A stretch of 64,000 bases of DNA from Candidatus Limnocylindrales bacterium (GTDB lineage Bacteria > Patescibacteriota > Microgenomatia > Levybacterales > UBA12049): contig DATLDE010000005.1 of the NCBI GenBank assembly GCA_035526025.1, positions 125,690-189,689 on the forward strand, given 5' to 3'. The number at the start of each line of letters is the position of its first letter. Positions within the stretch are counted from its first letter, which is position 1. The notes below the pieces were generated by a model. The model did no database searches and was not told where the DNA came from. It worked only from the letters and a program-made list of their open reading frames with translations. Position numbers and translations under genes: made by a program. Below are positions 27,581 to 38,028 of the stretch, one piece after another.

Positions 27581-27661
27581 TTTTGTAATTTTCCGCCCAG
27601 ACCGATTGGGTCTATTTTCATATACTGCGGCAGTACTGCCGCTAATTATTATGAAATCTGT

Positions 27662-29089
27662 TTACCAGTTATTTTGAGTATCAGGGATGCAGGAAGTTCT
27701 GACATATCCTGAAGAACCAGGAGATGTTAAATTCAAATTTCGAGTTATTGAATTTATATGCATAGCGTTCGTTGTTGCGCATTGTGCGTTGTTTTTGTAT
27801 TCTACTTCAAATACCGCCTTGCCTGCGTTCGTAAATGGCGAGAGTAGTCCGCATTCGTTATATTGATAACACTCCTCATTAACCGCCCAATCATAATAGG
27901 GCTGTAGCGCAACTATCTGGTCCACATCGTTTTTAAGTCCGATTGACAAACCATACGAATGGGCAAGTTGTGCGATCATCTTATTGTAATCTAACTGATT
28001 CTGAGCGGTAAGCGGAAAACCACTAGAGTTGGCATACCCATCCATATTATCTGTATCGACTGAATCAAATCCCTTGGTCTGACACATTTGCATACGACTC
28101 GCCATGAGTGGCTGCAATATATTAATTTGTCGGATATCCAGCCACTTCTCACCTTGCCAGCCGCTCACGATATTACCTTGCACAGAAGTTGGGAAGTTCC
28201 CTGCATCCGGTCGCCAATTTTCCCACGTGCCTGCATCGATATAGCAAATCGCCCTCAATCCTTTGGTATGCAGTGCACTCACGGTTGATGCGCTATTATC
28301 AAACCCGTCTATGTCATACACATGCACATTGGGAATCAAATCCGTTGCAGGATTTAGTGCACTTGCGAGTTGATATTGCCAGTGAAGCGGGGTACTTGCA
28401 CTCGGGCTCCACATTCCCGTAGATACGGGGACAGCTGTTGGTGTCGGTGTAGGAACAAAACTTGTCGGACTTGGCGTGCTAATAATAACAGGTGAGGGTG
28501 TTGGTGTCGGCACTGCAGTACTGCTTGCATCATCTATGACTAGATTATCAAATAGCATATCCCAGCTGAGTGTTGAGGTCACAGTGACAGGTGAACAGTT
28601 CGCAGTCCAGTTGCTTATAAGCGTTCGCGTATTACTAGGTGCGACAGTTATGCTTTTTGTTACCTGCCCTGCACAAGAAATCGTTACCTTTCCTGTGCTT
28701 CCGCCACCGTAGTTGTATGCATCAAGTGAGATAAGCCGTCTAGGCGTTATAAATGTGAATGATGCACTTTTTAAGCGTGTTGCAAATTGAAGATTATTGG
28801 TCTTAAACGTTCCGGACGGGCCATTGGTAATCCAGTTTTGCCCTCCCCAATCAATAAGTCCTAATGGATACTGACTCAAGGTCTGATTTGCACGCTGATC
28901 GTCAAATGTGAGAGTTTGCTGATTTGCTGCAGCGAGCATTCTGAAGTCTTGTTTCTGCTGGACGAGGAATAAAGTGCAGGCGATTCCGAACATAATAAAA
29001 CCCAGCATATATAATTTTGTTCGCGATGAACCTCTGGACGATTTTCGTCCAAGAAACCAAGTTGATTTACTTTTTGATGCCTTCGCCAT
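27662..29089 (-). CDS. Membrane-anchored GH114 endo-alpha-1,4-polygalactosaminidase-like protein with PT linker
   Basis: WQYQL, VYDIDGFD, ICYIDAGTWENWRPD, KGFDSVDTDNMD, GLKND, NEEC. Confidence 0.85.
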   Translation of the reverse strand: MAKASKSKSTWFLGRKSSRGSSRTKLYMLGFIMFGIACTLFLVQQKQDFRMLAAANQQTLTFDDQRANQTLSQYPLGLIDWGGQNWITNGPSGTFKTNNLQFATRLKSASFTFITPRRLISLDAYNYGGGSTGKVTISCAGQVTKSITVAPSNTRTLISNWTANCSPVTVTSTLSWDMLFDNLVIDDASSTAVPTPTPSPVIISTPSPTSFVPTPTPTAVPVSTGMWSPSASTPLHWQYQLASALNPATDLIPNVHVYDIDGFDNSASTVSALHTKGLRAICYIDAGTWENWRPDAGNFPTSVQGNIVSGWQGEKWLDIRQINILQPLMASRMQMCQTKGFDSVDTDNMDGYANSSGFPLTAQNQLDYNKMIAQLAHSYGLSIGLKNDVDQIVALQPYYDWAVNEECYQYNECGLLSPFTNAGKAVFEVEYKNNAQCATTNAMHINSITRNLNLTSPGSSGYVRTSCIPDTQNNW

Positions 29090-29185
29090 ATAAATATATA
29101 ATATTTATATATGGGATTAAATGTCAAGAACTAAAACTAGTAACTACATTATCTCAATGCAAATATTAAAATAAACTAAAGGTTT

Positions 29186-29753
29186 CATCCTTATGTTCTC
29201 AAGTATGTAAGGGTGTTTGTTATTCCGATTGGAATGTTTTTATGAAGATTGCGAGTTTTTTACCGTATGGAGAAAGTTTATGTTCCCGAAATTTTCCTCG
29301 ATAATTTTTATCAATTAGTCCTGCGACATGTAGTCTTCGCGTATGTTCACCTATTGTTTTCTCATTGGCTTTAATCTTCTCAACTATACCTTCAAGTGTT
29401 ATTCCTGGTTGGTCATGAATAAGAATAAGTATCTGAATACGATAATGATTGGAGATACCCTTAAAATGCCTTTCCATCTGCTTTGCAGTCTTTACAGAAG
29501 CCATAAAATTATTATTCCACAATACCCTTACATTCTCAAGTATTTAAGGGTGATTTAACAGATGAGCTACAACATACACAACATCCTCATATTCTCGGGT
29601 ATTTAAGGGTGTTGAGTGGTGAATAGAGGCATGGTAAATCTAAATAAAATGCTCGCTTGGTTTAAACTAAAATTGAATGATCCGCTGCAACCCCTACCCG
29701 AAGTCTAATTAAAATAATCAAAACATCCTTACATTCTCAAGTATTTAAGGGTA
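29186..29753. repeat. Four ~30-bp quasi-palindromic direct repeats (29186, 29523, 29582, 29724)
   Basis: Consensus approximately CATCCTTACATTCTCAAGTATTTAAGGGTG. Confidence 0.85.
29220..29504 (-). CDS. ArsR-like winged-helix protein
   Basis: ERHFKGISNHYRIQIL...EHTRRLHVAGLI..LSPYG. Confidence 0.8.
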   Translation of the reverse strand: MASVKTAKQMERHFKGISNHYRIQILILIHDQPGITLEGIVEKIKANEKTIGEHTRRLHVAGLIDKNYRGKFREHKLSPYGKKLAIFIKTFQSE

Positions 29754-29893
29754 TTGTGCGACAATAATTGGAATAATTGGTTTGAAAACAATAAGTATAT
29801 TTTTTACTTAATTTGAACGAAAGTTGAATGACTCGCTGAAAGCCTTTCCAGAAATCTAAAAATGATGTAACTAGTCTTATTAAGAATTTAAAT

Positions 29894-31378
29894 TTAGGAC
29901 TGCTTGAGCTTGACTAAGTGCTTATAGATCTCAACCATAGCCAGAGTATCAAGGCCACAATACTTTATCAGATCATCAAGGATTTGTTCTTTTTCTGCAT
30001 TTCGCTCTCCATACAGAATTGCCTCCATCCACAATCTTTGAGCTGAAGCTCCTTCCTGTATGCCAAGCGTTTTGTAGGACAATTCGGGAGCAAGAACAGG
30101 TAGAACTGCTTTTATTGAGGCACTGCCCCCAAATCCCTTATCAACATACCAACTACTTGAAAAGGGAATCATCAGATCAACGATCCGATTATTCACCTCC
30201 TCATAAAATTCCTTGTACTCAGTAAGGATTGTTCCAAGTAGCGTGTTACAACTTTTTTCAAACCCCGCGCTCCAGGCCAGAATCGATCCTGTGGTACCAA
30301 TTTGTGATTTAAGATTTTTACTAATCTCCTCAGCAGGATTGGAATTATCACTATGTAGATATTCAAAATGCCTGATCTCAGAATCAGGCGTCTCCAGAAC
30401 ATCCAGGGAATATTGAAAAGGAAGCTGTTGATACGCGCGGAGGTCATCAAAATATGGGACAATGCCACCCAGGGTCTCATAATCAAGAAAATAAAGAGGG
30501 TAAATAAGACTGGATAGAAAATCTCTGATTTTTTCTTTCTCTATCAGGACTCTATTTTGTTTGACTGATTCTACCTGTTGCTTTTGTTTGCCAGACAGTG
30601 GAAAGTCAGATGGTATTTCGTTAAGTTTCTTCACTTTCAATTCGTCAAATTTGCTAAGCAATTTGGTGTTAAGTACACATAAGTCATAAATGCTTTCAGG
30701 CTCAACACTGACCAACCCACGATAAATTCCAAGCCATTCTTTGAGAGATCCATACGCAGCAAGTGAAGGGGAAATATCAGGCATGACTTCTGAGTTGGCA
30801 ACTTTTAGAGCTGCCTTTATATTATCCTCGGTAAATTTTCTTTTGGCTTTTACGTTTTCTGTTATGTCTACAATAGTTGTAAATTCACCAGGGACTATAT
30901 CACCACGCTTAATATATTCATTATTAACATGAATTACTGAAATATTGCGAACTGTGTTTCCGCATAGCTCAAGTACAATCATTTGAAAAGCCAGATCTAG
31001 CTCGTGCTCTAATTTCACCTTTGTACTTGATTTTATTTCGTATAAATCAACTGTTTTTTCATCAACGATCTGGATTACATCACACACAAAAGTTAACTGA
31101 CTGTGTTCAAATCTTCCCTGGAATATCGTTTTTGCTCCCTCTTTTATAGCTCTTTGCGTACGCTCAGGTAGGCTCAGATATTCATAATAATCATCAAATC
31201 CTAGCCTTACTCCCTCAGGAAATAATTGCTCAGCATATGTTTCAAACAAATGACCCGCATCAAATACAGCTTGAGTGTTGTCATCAATTATAGGAAGCTT
31301 TGCTTTATCGTGTTTCTTAAGCCACAGCCATGCCGGGTGCTTGAGAAACATCATGTATTCTGATTTAGACAAAAGCAT
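29894..31378 (-). CDS. DUF2779-domain protein (PD-(D/E)xK-like N-terminus, DnaQ/RNase H-like C-terminus)
   Basis: LSKSEYM, YEIKSST, YFLDYET, PFQYS, SIKAVLP, YCGLDT. Confidence 0.8.
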   Translation of the reverse strand: MLLSKSEYMMFLKHPAWLWLKKHDKAKLPIIDDNTQAVFDAGHLFETYAEQLFPEGVRLGFDDYYEYLSLPERTQRAIKEGAKTIFQGRFEHSQLTFVCDVIQIVDEKTVDLYEIKSSTKVKLEHELDLAFQMIVLELCGNTVRNISVIHVNNEYIKRGDIVPGEFTTIVDITENVKAKRKFTEDNIKAALKVANSEVMPDISPSLAAYGSLKEWLGIYRGLVSVEPESIYDLCVLNTKLLSKFDELKVKKLNEIPSDFPLSGKQKQQVESVKQNRVLIEKEKIRDFLSSLIYPLYFLDYETLGGIVPYFDDLRAYQQLPFQYSLDVLETPDSEIRHFEYLHSDNSNPAEEISKNLKSQIGTTGSILAWSAGFEKSCNTLLGTILTEYKEFYEEVNNRIVDLMIPFSSSWYVDKGFGGSASIKAVLPVLAPELSYKTLGIQEGASAQRLWMEAILYGERNAEKEQILDDLIKYCGLDTLAMVEIYKHLVKLKQS

Positions 31379-31490
31379 ATTTTGTAATTTATCGCGATAA
31401 ATTATTTTTTATGTTTGGGATAATAATATTGGGCCAATATTGTAGGATTATAACTTGTTATCTGATAGATGTCCATTAGCCTATGAGTGA

Positions 31491-33005
31491 CTATTCATAC
31501 TGCAGATGAGATGCAAAAAGCTCTACTTCCTTCCGATCTATAACAGCATCAAGATTTTTAATACTTTCGTAATCAATATATTTTGCATCGTCAAGCAATT
31601 TCTTTAAGTCCGCAGGCAATTCCCATTTTGAGCTAAAAAGCTCTAAATTTTCACCGGTGGCATTTCTACATAGTTTTTCTTCAAAAAGAAAATAAATACT
31701 GTGTTTTATAGCAATTCTTTGTAACCATATTTCCAAAAGCCCAGAATTTGGTAATAAATTAATTTTTCGGAGTAACTTGTCTAGAACTTCCTTCTTACTC
31801 TCATGTGCCCTTTTATCAATAGCCTTACTAATTAATACAGCAACTATCGGAAAAGATCTTGGATTTTCATATGCAATATTAATAAGAATACTTATGATTT
31901 CAATATAATTATTTCGAAGTAAGGTAACTCTAACAGTATCATTTAGCCTCATTAATCTAATATTTACAGCACCACAATTAGGGTGGCTTGTCCCTATTGA
32001 ATATATAGTTAAAAGTTCATTCCGGAGTGTTTTTTTTGTGATCGTATTTGATAATGGCAACTTAAGCATGGCCAATTTATCTGGTTTAATTGAATCAGTA
32101 ATAATACTATCACTTTTTTTAGTTTTTGCGGTGTTTAGTGCCATACCAAGCTTAGCAAGTACCTCACTTAAGGACTTCATGATTAATTCTCCGTCTTTAG
32201 GATTTCGGACAAAAATTCTATAATCATCACGATAACGAAGAATTCTATATGAATCTTTACTAAGTAACTTTATTTTTTTAGAAAGTTCATGATCAGCGTA
32301 AGATAAAACTATCTCTGCAATAAAATCCATTAACACACTTCCTTGGGGTATTCCATTTGTTTGGCCATTGGACATTGCTTGAAGATGATGGTCAATTTTA
32401 TTGCCTAAAAGTTGATTATAATTTCGCTTCTCTTTTGAAATAGACTTTTCATGTAACGCCCATGCTATAGAGTGAGTATAAACAGAACCATAACAATTAA
32501 CAATGTCAGTTTGAAATAAATATTCAAAATCTAATGCTAAACGTATAGATTCTTTTTCAATCAAATCAAACCATTCATTCACCTGAGTGGCTTGTTGTTT
32601 CTTATTGGTATCGCCAATAACAGGCAAGCTTATACAGCTTATCGAATTATTGAATGAAAGACTTTTAAATCTGCTACAAATTATTTCCCAAGAGTCTCTA
32701 GCAGTGATAAGATTAACAAGCGAAACATATAGTACTGGATTAATTAATTCGTATTTTCTCCATGCATAATTACCATCTTTATTTCCGTAGATAATATGAT
32801 TTATATTCTCAGCGCTTTTAGCAGTCATAAGATTTTTTTCTGGGATGGGCCCTCCTCGCAATTTTTTAGAAAGTACCAACAAAGTCTTTTCAAATTCAAA
32901 GTATGGAGGCAGGTCCATACTAAAATATTTTTCTTGATTAAGGAAGAATTTATTAGCTTTTCTGCAATCTAATTTCAGAATGTTACTCCTCATAGTATCT
33001 ACCAC
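31491..33005 (-). CDS. UG/Abi-type reverse transcriptase with helical C-terminal extension (putative anti-phage)
   Basis: TDIVNCYGSVYTHSIAW, NGIPQGS, RYRDDY, LNTAKT. Confidence 0.85.
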   Translation of the reverse strand: MVDTMRSNILKLDCRKANKFFLNQEKYFSMDLPPYFEFEKTLLVLSKKLRGGPIPEKNLMTAKSAENINHIIYGNKDGNYAWRKYELINPVLYVSLVNLITARDSWEIICSRFKSLSFNNSISCISLPVIGDTNKKQQATQVNEWFDLIEKESIRLALDFEYLFQTDIVNCYGSVYTHSIAWALHEKSISKEKRNYNQLLGNKIDHHLQAMSNGQTNGIPQGSVLMDFIAEIVLSYADHELSKKIKLLSKDSYRILRYRDDYRIFVRNPKDGELIMKSLSEVLAKLGMALNTAKTKKSDSIITDSIKPDKLAMLKLPLSNTITKKTLRNELLTIYSIGTSHPNCGAVNIRLMRLNDTVRVTLLRNNYIEIISILINIAYENPRSFPIVAVLISKAIDKRAHESKKEVLDKLLRKINLLPNSGLLEIWLQRIAIKHSIYFLFEEKLCRNATGENLELFSSKWELPADLKKLLDDAKYIDYESIKNLDAVIDRKEVELFASHLQYE

Positions 33006-33105
33006 TGATATTGAGGGTAATTATACTGGAAGCTTATAGAGAATGCTACGTGCAAAAAATCTAATTTAAAAAATATTTATTTTCTGAGGCAAGTCATGTT
33101 GCAAC

Positions 33106-34209
33106 CTATATATTACCTTTCCGTCGATTGTCTTCCCTGCATAACATCTGGCAATTCACAGTTAATGTTTTTCCACCCTCTACCCATGGCGTAATGTGAT
33201 CTGCTTCCATTTCTTCTATATCAAATCTATTTTTACAAAAACGGCAAACACCGTTCTGTCTCTCATATGCTTCCCTCCTCATTCTGTCAGTAAATGCACG
33301 TATACTTAGATAATTCTCCTTCCTCGTGAGAACGTAAGGGTAAATCCCAGATTTCTTTGTTACATCTTCATCTTGCATTAATACTTTTATTTCTTCTTCA
33401 AGTTTTACAGTATTTAGCTTTTGCTCATTAAATTGATTGTAGAGATCACCCCAATTTACATTTGCCATTTCTCTTCTGTAATTCGGGAACGCTTTTCGCA
33501 CCCAAGAGATAACGTCTTGAAAGTAATTCCATAACTCATCTGCATTTTTATCATGTTGATGTTTGGCCATGTAATCCGCAATTTCACCATTGTTAATCCA
33601 AGAAAGTGAAGTTTCTAAGTATTCTTGCCTTATCGGTGAACCCGCCAAAAGGGAACCACCATCATTGGCCAATAGATATGCAGCACAATTTGTTTTGCTG
33701 AATTTGAGTTTTGCATCAGACAACCAAGGGCCAGTATAAACAGCATTTTTAAGTTCCTGATCCGTAAGTTTTTCACCTGCAATATTAATAATTCTGAACC
33801 AATCCAAACGCTCTTTGTCTGTGCCTTCACAAAAATAAATCATTAATTGATAATCCAAAATCTGATTCTGTTCGTCAGGAGTTAAGTTGTGGAACATTGC
33901 TAATCTGCCATTAAAATCTACGGAAAAGTCGCCATTTACAAATTGTGCAAGACTAATTGTTCTTTGTTGGCCATCAAGTACTTCATATCCACCATCTTCT
34001 CTCACAACCCAGTACATCACATTAAGTGGGAACCCATTCCTGACAGTATCAATGACTGCATCTCGTTGTGTATCTTTGTAGATAAATTCGCGCTGGTATT
34101 TGGGACGAATATCAAGTTTGCCACAATATCCTACAACACCTTCTTCAGCATTGTCTGTATATTCATCAACTACTTCTCGCACTTTTATTTTTTGTAACTC
34201 AATCTTCAT
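33106..34209 (-). CDS. DUF262 (GmrS-like) plus HNH endonuclease
   Basis: PKYQREF, VLDGQQR, FRIIN; CRFC..EADHITPW.EGGKT..NCQMLC..DN. Confidence 0.9.
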   Translation of the reverse strand: MKIELQKIKVREVVDEYTDNAEEGVVGYCGKLDIRPKYQREFIYKDTQRDAVIDTVRNGFPLNVMYWVVREDGGYEVLDGQQRTISLAQFVNGDFSVDFNGRLAMFHNLTPDEQNQILDYQLMIYFCEGTDKERLDWFRIINIAGEKLTDQELKNAVYTGPWLSDAKLKFSKTNCAAYLLANDGGSLLAGSPIRQEYLETSLSWINNGEIADYMAKHQHDKNADELWNYFQDVISWVRKAFPNYRREMANVNWGDLYNQFNEQKLNTVKLEEEIKVLMQDEDVTKKSGIYPYVLTRKENYLSIRAFTDRMRREAYERQNGVCRFCKNRFDIEEMEADHITPWVEGGKTLTVNCQMLCREDNRRKGNI

Positions 34210-34213
34210 ATTA

Positions 34214-35275
34214 CTAGACCTTTTTTCGTATCAAAATACGTCCATATTTAAGTTTGCCACTGATGTAAGGACCATCTTTGCCTGACGCAGAAGTAATTCC
34301 TGCTAAACCTTTGATGTTTCCTGCAATGAGACCAACTATTTCAAATTGTTCAGGGTTGTATTTATCTACAAATGTAATAGGGACACCCATTACACCATCG
34401 TGGTCTACAGGAATATCAGAAACTTTATTGACATTTATTGCGTTGTAATTGTCATACTTGAGAAACTCTTCTGGAGTATATTTCTTATATAATGTTAACT
34501 CTTGATGACGTTTTGTAGTTTCTAAATTTGTGAACCATAAAATTCTCCCCATACTGAAATACTTTACTCCATTCACAATCTTCTTTCTCGATTCTGTTGG
34601 GATATCATAGTCCATCGGAACCTGAAACCACTTTGTGCCACCATTGTCATTACCAAGCCACAATTTATTGTCTTTAATTAGCTTGAAAATCTCTTTGTAG
34701 GTAATGGCATTTTGATCACCAAGAATCAAAAAATTCTTCTTAAATTCAGTAAGCTGGGCTATATATTCACGAAACAAGGAGAAAGGAGGATTGGTGACGA
34801 CAATATCAGCCTCATTGAGTAGTTCAATGCACTCTTTACTTCTAAAATCTCCATTTTCTTTTAAAGGTGTTGACACGTTAGCATCACGTTTCAAAAGCCA
34901 CTCTACGTCTGTTAAATCTATGGCACCATCAGTATTTTTATCTGGCACGTCATTAATTTCAATCTTAAAAGGCTTTTTTCCTTCAGGTTTTAAACCTTGT
35001 ATTTCAAGAAGTGGGAGCTGTCCACCTGCAATAGAAGATTGGTCAAAACTCGTAGTTATAAGTTTCTTTAGTCCTAATGCATTAAAATTTGCAGCAAAAT
35101 ATTTGAAGAAATTGCTCTCAAAAGGATCATCACAATTACAATATACTACCTTGCCACGAAATTGATCCTTGTAATGCTTCAATTCTTTTTCAATGTCAGT
35201 TAACTGCGTATAAAACTCATCCTTCTTGGCTTTACCTGCCTTACCTAAGTTTGTATTTAATGATTTTGAATTCAT
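34214..35275 (-). CDS. EcoRI-family adenine methyltransferase
   Basis: DEFYT, VYCNCDDP, GDFRS.EC, IVVTNPPFSLFREY, MGVPITF. Confidence 0.9.
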   Translation of the reverse strand: MNSKSLNTNLGKAGKAKKDEFYTQLTDIEKELKHYKDQFRGKVVYCNCDDPFESNFFKYFAANFNALGLKKLITTSFDQSSIAGGQLPLLEIQGLKPEGKKPFKIEINDVPDKNTDGAIDLTDVEWLLKRDANVSTPLKENGDFRSKECIELLNEADIVVTNPPFSLFREYIAQLTEFKKNFLILGDQNAITYKEIFKLIKDNKLWLGNDNGGTKWFQVPMDYDIPTESRKKIVNGVKYFSMGRILWFTNLETTKRHQELTLYKKYTPEEFLKYDNYNAINVNKVSDIPVDHDGVMGVPITFVDKYNPEQFEIVGLIAGNIKGLAGITSASGKDGPYISGKLKYGRILIRKKV

Positions 35276-35388
35276 AACTGTTTAAGCGTTAAGTCATAAT
35301 TTTAATCTTTGTTTAGCAAGCTTTTGTAATTACCAGTTTTACGTATTATACGCCCCGGGGAAGGTTTTGGGAAGCGGGGAGAGGAGTA

Positions 35389-35811
35389 TTAAGTTCTATT
35401 TGGTATCCGGATTTGAAAATACCCTTTTTCTTTCTTATCCAAATATACATTATTCTCCCCAAATTTAACACTTAATTTTCTCATCACCATCTCCTCACTT
35501 TTATCTCGTTTACCTACAAATTTCCCAAAGAAATATATAAAATATTGATCCCTTTCAATATATTTGTACTTAAAAAGCTTATGACTGAATGCTGACTTAT
35601 AACCGATCATATCCAGGACTTCACTAACATCGCGATTTCTATAATGAATAAAGTGATCTTTCCCTATCTCAGAAAATGGAAAATATTTTGAAATTTTAGT
35701 ATAAAACTTGAAAAGGTGAGGAAGTATAAATTCAGCTAATATGATCAAGACAAAACCTTTAAAGCTAATCTCAGATTCAGGCTTTTCAACTGCTTTCTTC
35801 ACTGATTTCAC
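35389..35811 (-). CDS. Hypothetical protein
   Basis: ORF only. Confidence 0.45.
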   Translation of the reverse strand: MKSVKKAVEKPESEISFKGFVLIILAEFILPHLFKFYTKISKYFPFSEIGKDHFIHYRNRDVSEVLDMIGYKSAFSHKLFKYKYIERDQYFIYFFGKFVGKRDKSEEMVMRKLSVKFGENNVYLDKKEKGYFQIRIPNRT

Positions 35812-35947
35812 AAACTTATCAATATTATAGTCCTAAAACTGGGATTATGGAAAGCGGGAACGTGAGGTAGTGAGTATAAAGCAGTAAGGATAAAGTATGA
35901 TAAAACTTCCTGTATTATTTTTTATAAACTGCGTTTTCTCTACCCGC

Positions 35948-36595
35948 CTATGTCTTACTCAGAAATGCATCGCGACCTGATCCGATACGATATGGTGCAT
36001 ATCTTTCAGGATTTTTGTACGCATAATCCTGATGCTCTTCTTCTGCTGGCCAAAAATCTGATGCGGGAATAATCTCTGTCACTATTGGCTTTTCAAATAT
36101 TTTTGCTTTAGTGATTGCATCACTAACATCATTAGCAATCCTTTTTTCATCCTCATTTTCATAATATACAGCTGATGTGTATCCCTCTCCTCTATCAAAA
36201 AATGAACCTCCGGGATCTGTCGGATCAATATGACGGAAATAATACTCAGCGAGTTCACCATACGTGATTATCGTGGGATCATAAACAACTTCTACTGCTT
36301 CTCTATGTCCACCCGCTACGTAGTTTTCATACGTTACATTCTCTGTTCTCCCACCTGTGAATCCTGATCTGACATCAACAATTCCCTTTGGAATTTTTTC
36401 AAAATATGACTCCAGACTCCAGAAACATCCTCCGGCAAAGATTGCTACTTTATCTGCTTCGCGCCTTGGTCTTCTTTCAATAGTCTTTTCTGCTGCAATA
36501 GAATCAGATTTCTGTACTGGTGTGTGTTTAAAGAACACATTGAACCCAAGGTACACAATGACAGCTGCTATTAAAAATATTATATATTTCTTCAT
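35948..36595 (-). CDS. msrA: Exported peptide-methionine (S)-S-oxide reductase
   Basis: AGGCFWS, GHREAV, AEEEHQDY; N-terminal TM. Confidence 0.92.
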   Translation of the reverse strand: MKKYIIFLIAAVIVYLGFNVFFKHTPVQKSDSIAAEKTIERRPRREADKVAIFAGGCFWSLESYFEKIPKGIVDVRSGFTGGRTENVTYENYVAGGHREAVEVVYDPTIITYGELAEYYFRHIDPTDPGGSFFDRGEGYTSAVYYENEDEKRIANDVSDAITKAKIFEKPIVTEIIPASDFWPAEEEHQDYAYKNPERYAPYRIGSGRDAFLSKT

Positions 36596-36596
36596 A

Positions 36597-36635
36597 CTTC
36601 GATTAAACTCAGTATGACCCTGAGCAATGCCGAAG
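36597..36635. repeat. REP-like palindrome CTTCG-N5-ACTCAG...CTGAGC-N5-CGAAG
   Basis: Related sequences at 47812 and 50753. Confidence 0.65.
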
Positions 36636-36774
36636 GATCATATAAATAGTATACCACAAATGTAAAAGTAACTTTACATCTAATTAAGAATAAACTGTGA
36701 CTTTACGCCAAAAACCTCGCTCATTTGATGAACGAGATTTTTTGAAAAAGAAGTGATCAAACTTCTGATAAGCT

Positions 36775-36990
36775 CTAGCGCATGAAATTTTTGTTCTTGT
36801 GGTTAATTGCTAAGATAACTCCACAAACCCCAATAAGTAAATAAACAATCTTTTCTACAGTTGGAACAGATCCTAAGAGCATGCTGACTACATTAAAACC
36901 CAATGCAGTTAAACCCCAATTGATTGCCCCTATGACAACTACCCAAAAAACAATGTCATTTTTATCATTAAAATGTGTAAACTTTCCCAT
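36775..36990 (-). CDS. DUF378 membrane protein
   Basis: VIGAINWGL...FNVV...IVYLLIG. Confidence 0.85.
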   Translation of the reverse strand: MGKFTHFNDKNDIVFWVVVIGAINWGLTALGFNVVSMLLGSVPTVEKIVYLLIGVCGVILAINHKNKNFMR

Positions 36991-37062
36991 TTTTATCACC
37001 TCCTTTCACTACTTGAGTCTAATACTCGCTTCTCATACTGTCAATAATCAAACCATGTACTG

Positions 37063-37962
37063 TTAAACTTTAACTTCTTTACGATTATTATATTGATTAA
37101 CATAGGGAATAGCAGCTGCTGCGATAATACACGTCATGCCAAGTGTTACCACAGCTGTGAGATGCTCTTTAAAGAAAATAATGCCCAGGACTACTCCAAA
37201 TACTATTTCAAGAAGTCCAAGAATGCCTGCTGTTCCAGCCTCAATGAGCTTTAACCCGCTTATAAGTAACCACGATGAGATAAATGAAGCTAAAGCGAAT
37301 AATAAAAGATAGATCCAATGGATATCTGAATTTATTTGCGGAAAACTTTCATTAAGAATAAAAATCATAGGAATATTTGCCAAAACCGTTCCTATCCATG
37401 TCAGTATTGCTGTTTGTAATACCGAGTATTTGATTTTTTTATTTACTACCATGTTAAGTCCCGATGCAAGCCCACTTATTAATGCAGCGAGTAGTGCAAG
37501 TAATCCGAAAATCTTTGTGCTGGGTGTAAAAATAAGCCATAATCCCATAATCCCAAGGATTGTCGAGGCAACTTTATCTTTTGTATATACCTCACCATTA
37601 AATATTCTCCCGAAAAAAAATGCCCCCAATACAATTCCTGCATACGCGACTGCAAGACCTAGTCCAACGCCTATGATTTTGATCGAATAGAACAGAGGAA
37701 CTGAAATAAGTGCATTTGAAATAAGCAATCCAATCAGAAGCCAAGCATCACGACGCCAAAAAATTCGTGATAGTTTATTCCTGAATATTGCCACTGGTAA
37801 AAGCAGCAAAATTACTAAAACACCTCGCAAGACAGCTTGTGTAAAATCTCCCAAGAAATTTCCCAGAAGTTTAATCCATACACCATAGCTTGCATAAACC
37901 AAAGAGGATAAAACAACTAACCCGCTTCCCAAATGAGCAGCAGCGTGCTTTCTGTACTCCAT
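37063..37962 (-). CDS. DMT/EamA-family transporter
   Basis: About 10 TM in two repeats; GLKLIEAGTAGILGLLEIVF. Confidence 0.85.
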   Translation of the reverse strand: MEYRKHAAAHLGSGLVVLSSLVYASYGVWIKLLGNFLGDFTQAVLRGVLVILLLLPVAIFRNKLSRIFWRRDAWLLIGLLISNALISVPLFYSIKIIGVGLGLAVAYAGIVLGAFFFGRIFNGEVYTKDKVASTILGIMGLWLIFTPSTKIFGLLALLAALISGLASGLNMVVNKKIKYSVLQTAILTWIGTVLANIPMIFILNESFPQINSDIHWIYLLLFALASFISSWLLISGLKLIEAGTAGILGLLEIVFGVVLGIIFFKEHLTAVVTLGMTCIIAAAAIPYVNQYNNRKEVKV

Positions 37963-38028
37963 ACCACTAAGTATACATTATGGAAATAATTAGATATTGC
38001 TTATGTTTTCAAAACAGATAAGAAGGGA

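Noticed and set aside
29186-29753. CRISPR array interpretation of the 30-bp palindromic repeats
   Set aside because: Spacers are irregular (307, 29 and 112 bp), one contains a gene, repeats are degenerate and no cas genes are present
31491-33105. Retron, DGR or group II intron
   Set aside because: No VTG retron motif or msr/msd inverted repeats seen, no TR/VR pair, no maturase domain or intron structure
35345-35880. Weakly similar purine-rich stretches (GGAAGCGGGGA / GGAAAGCGGGAA) near the island's right edge
   Set aside because: Similarity too short to call a repeat or att site; may reflect promoter composition
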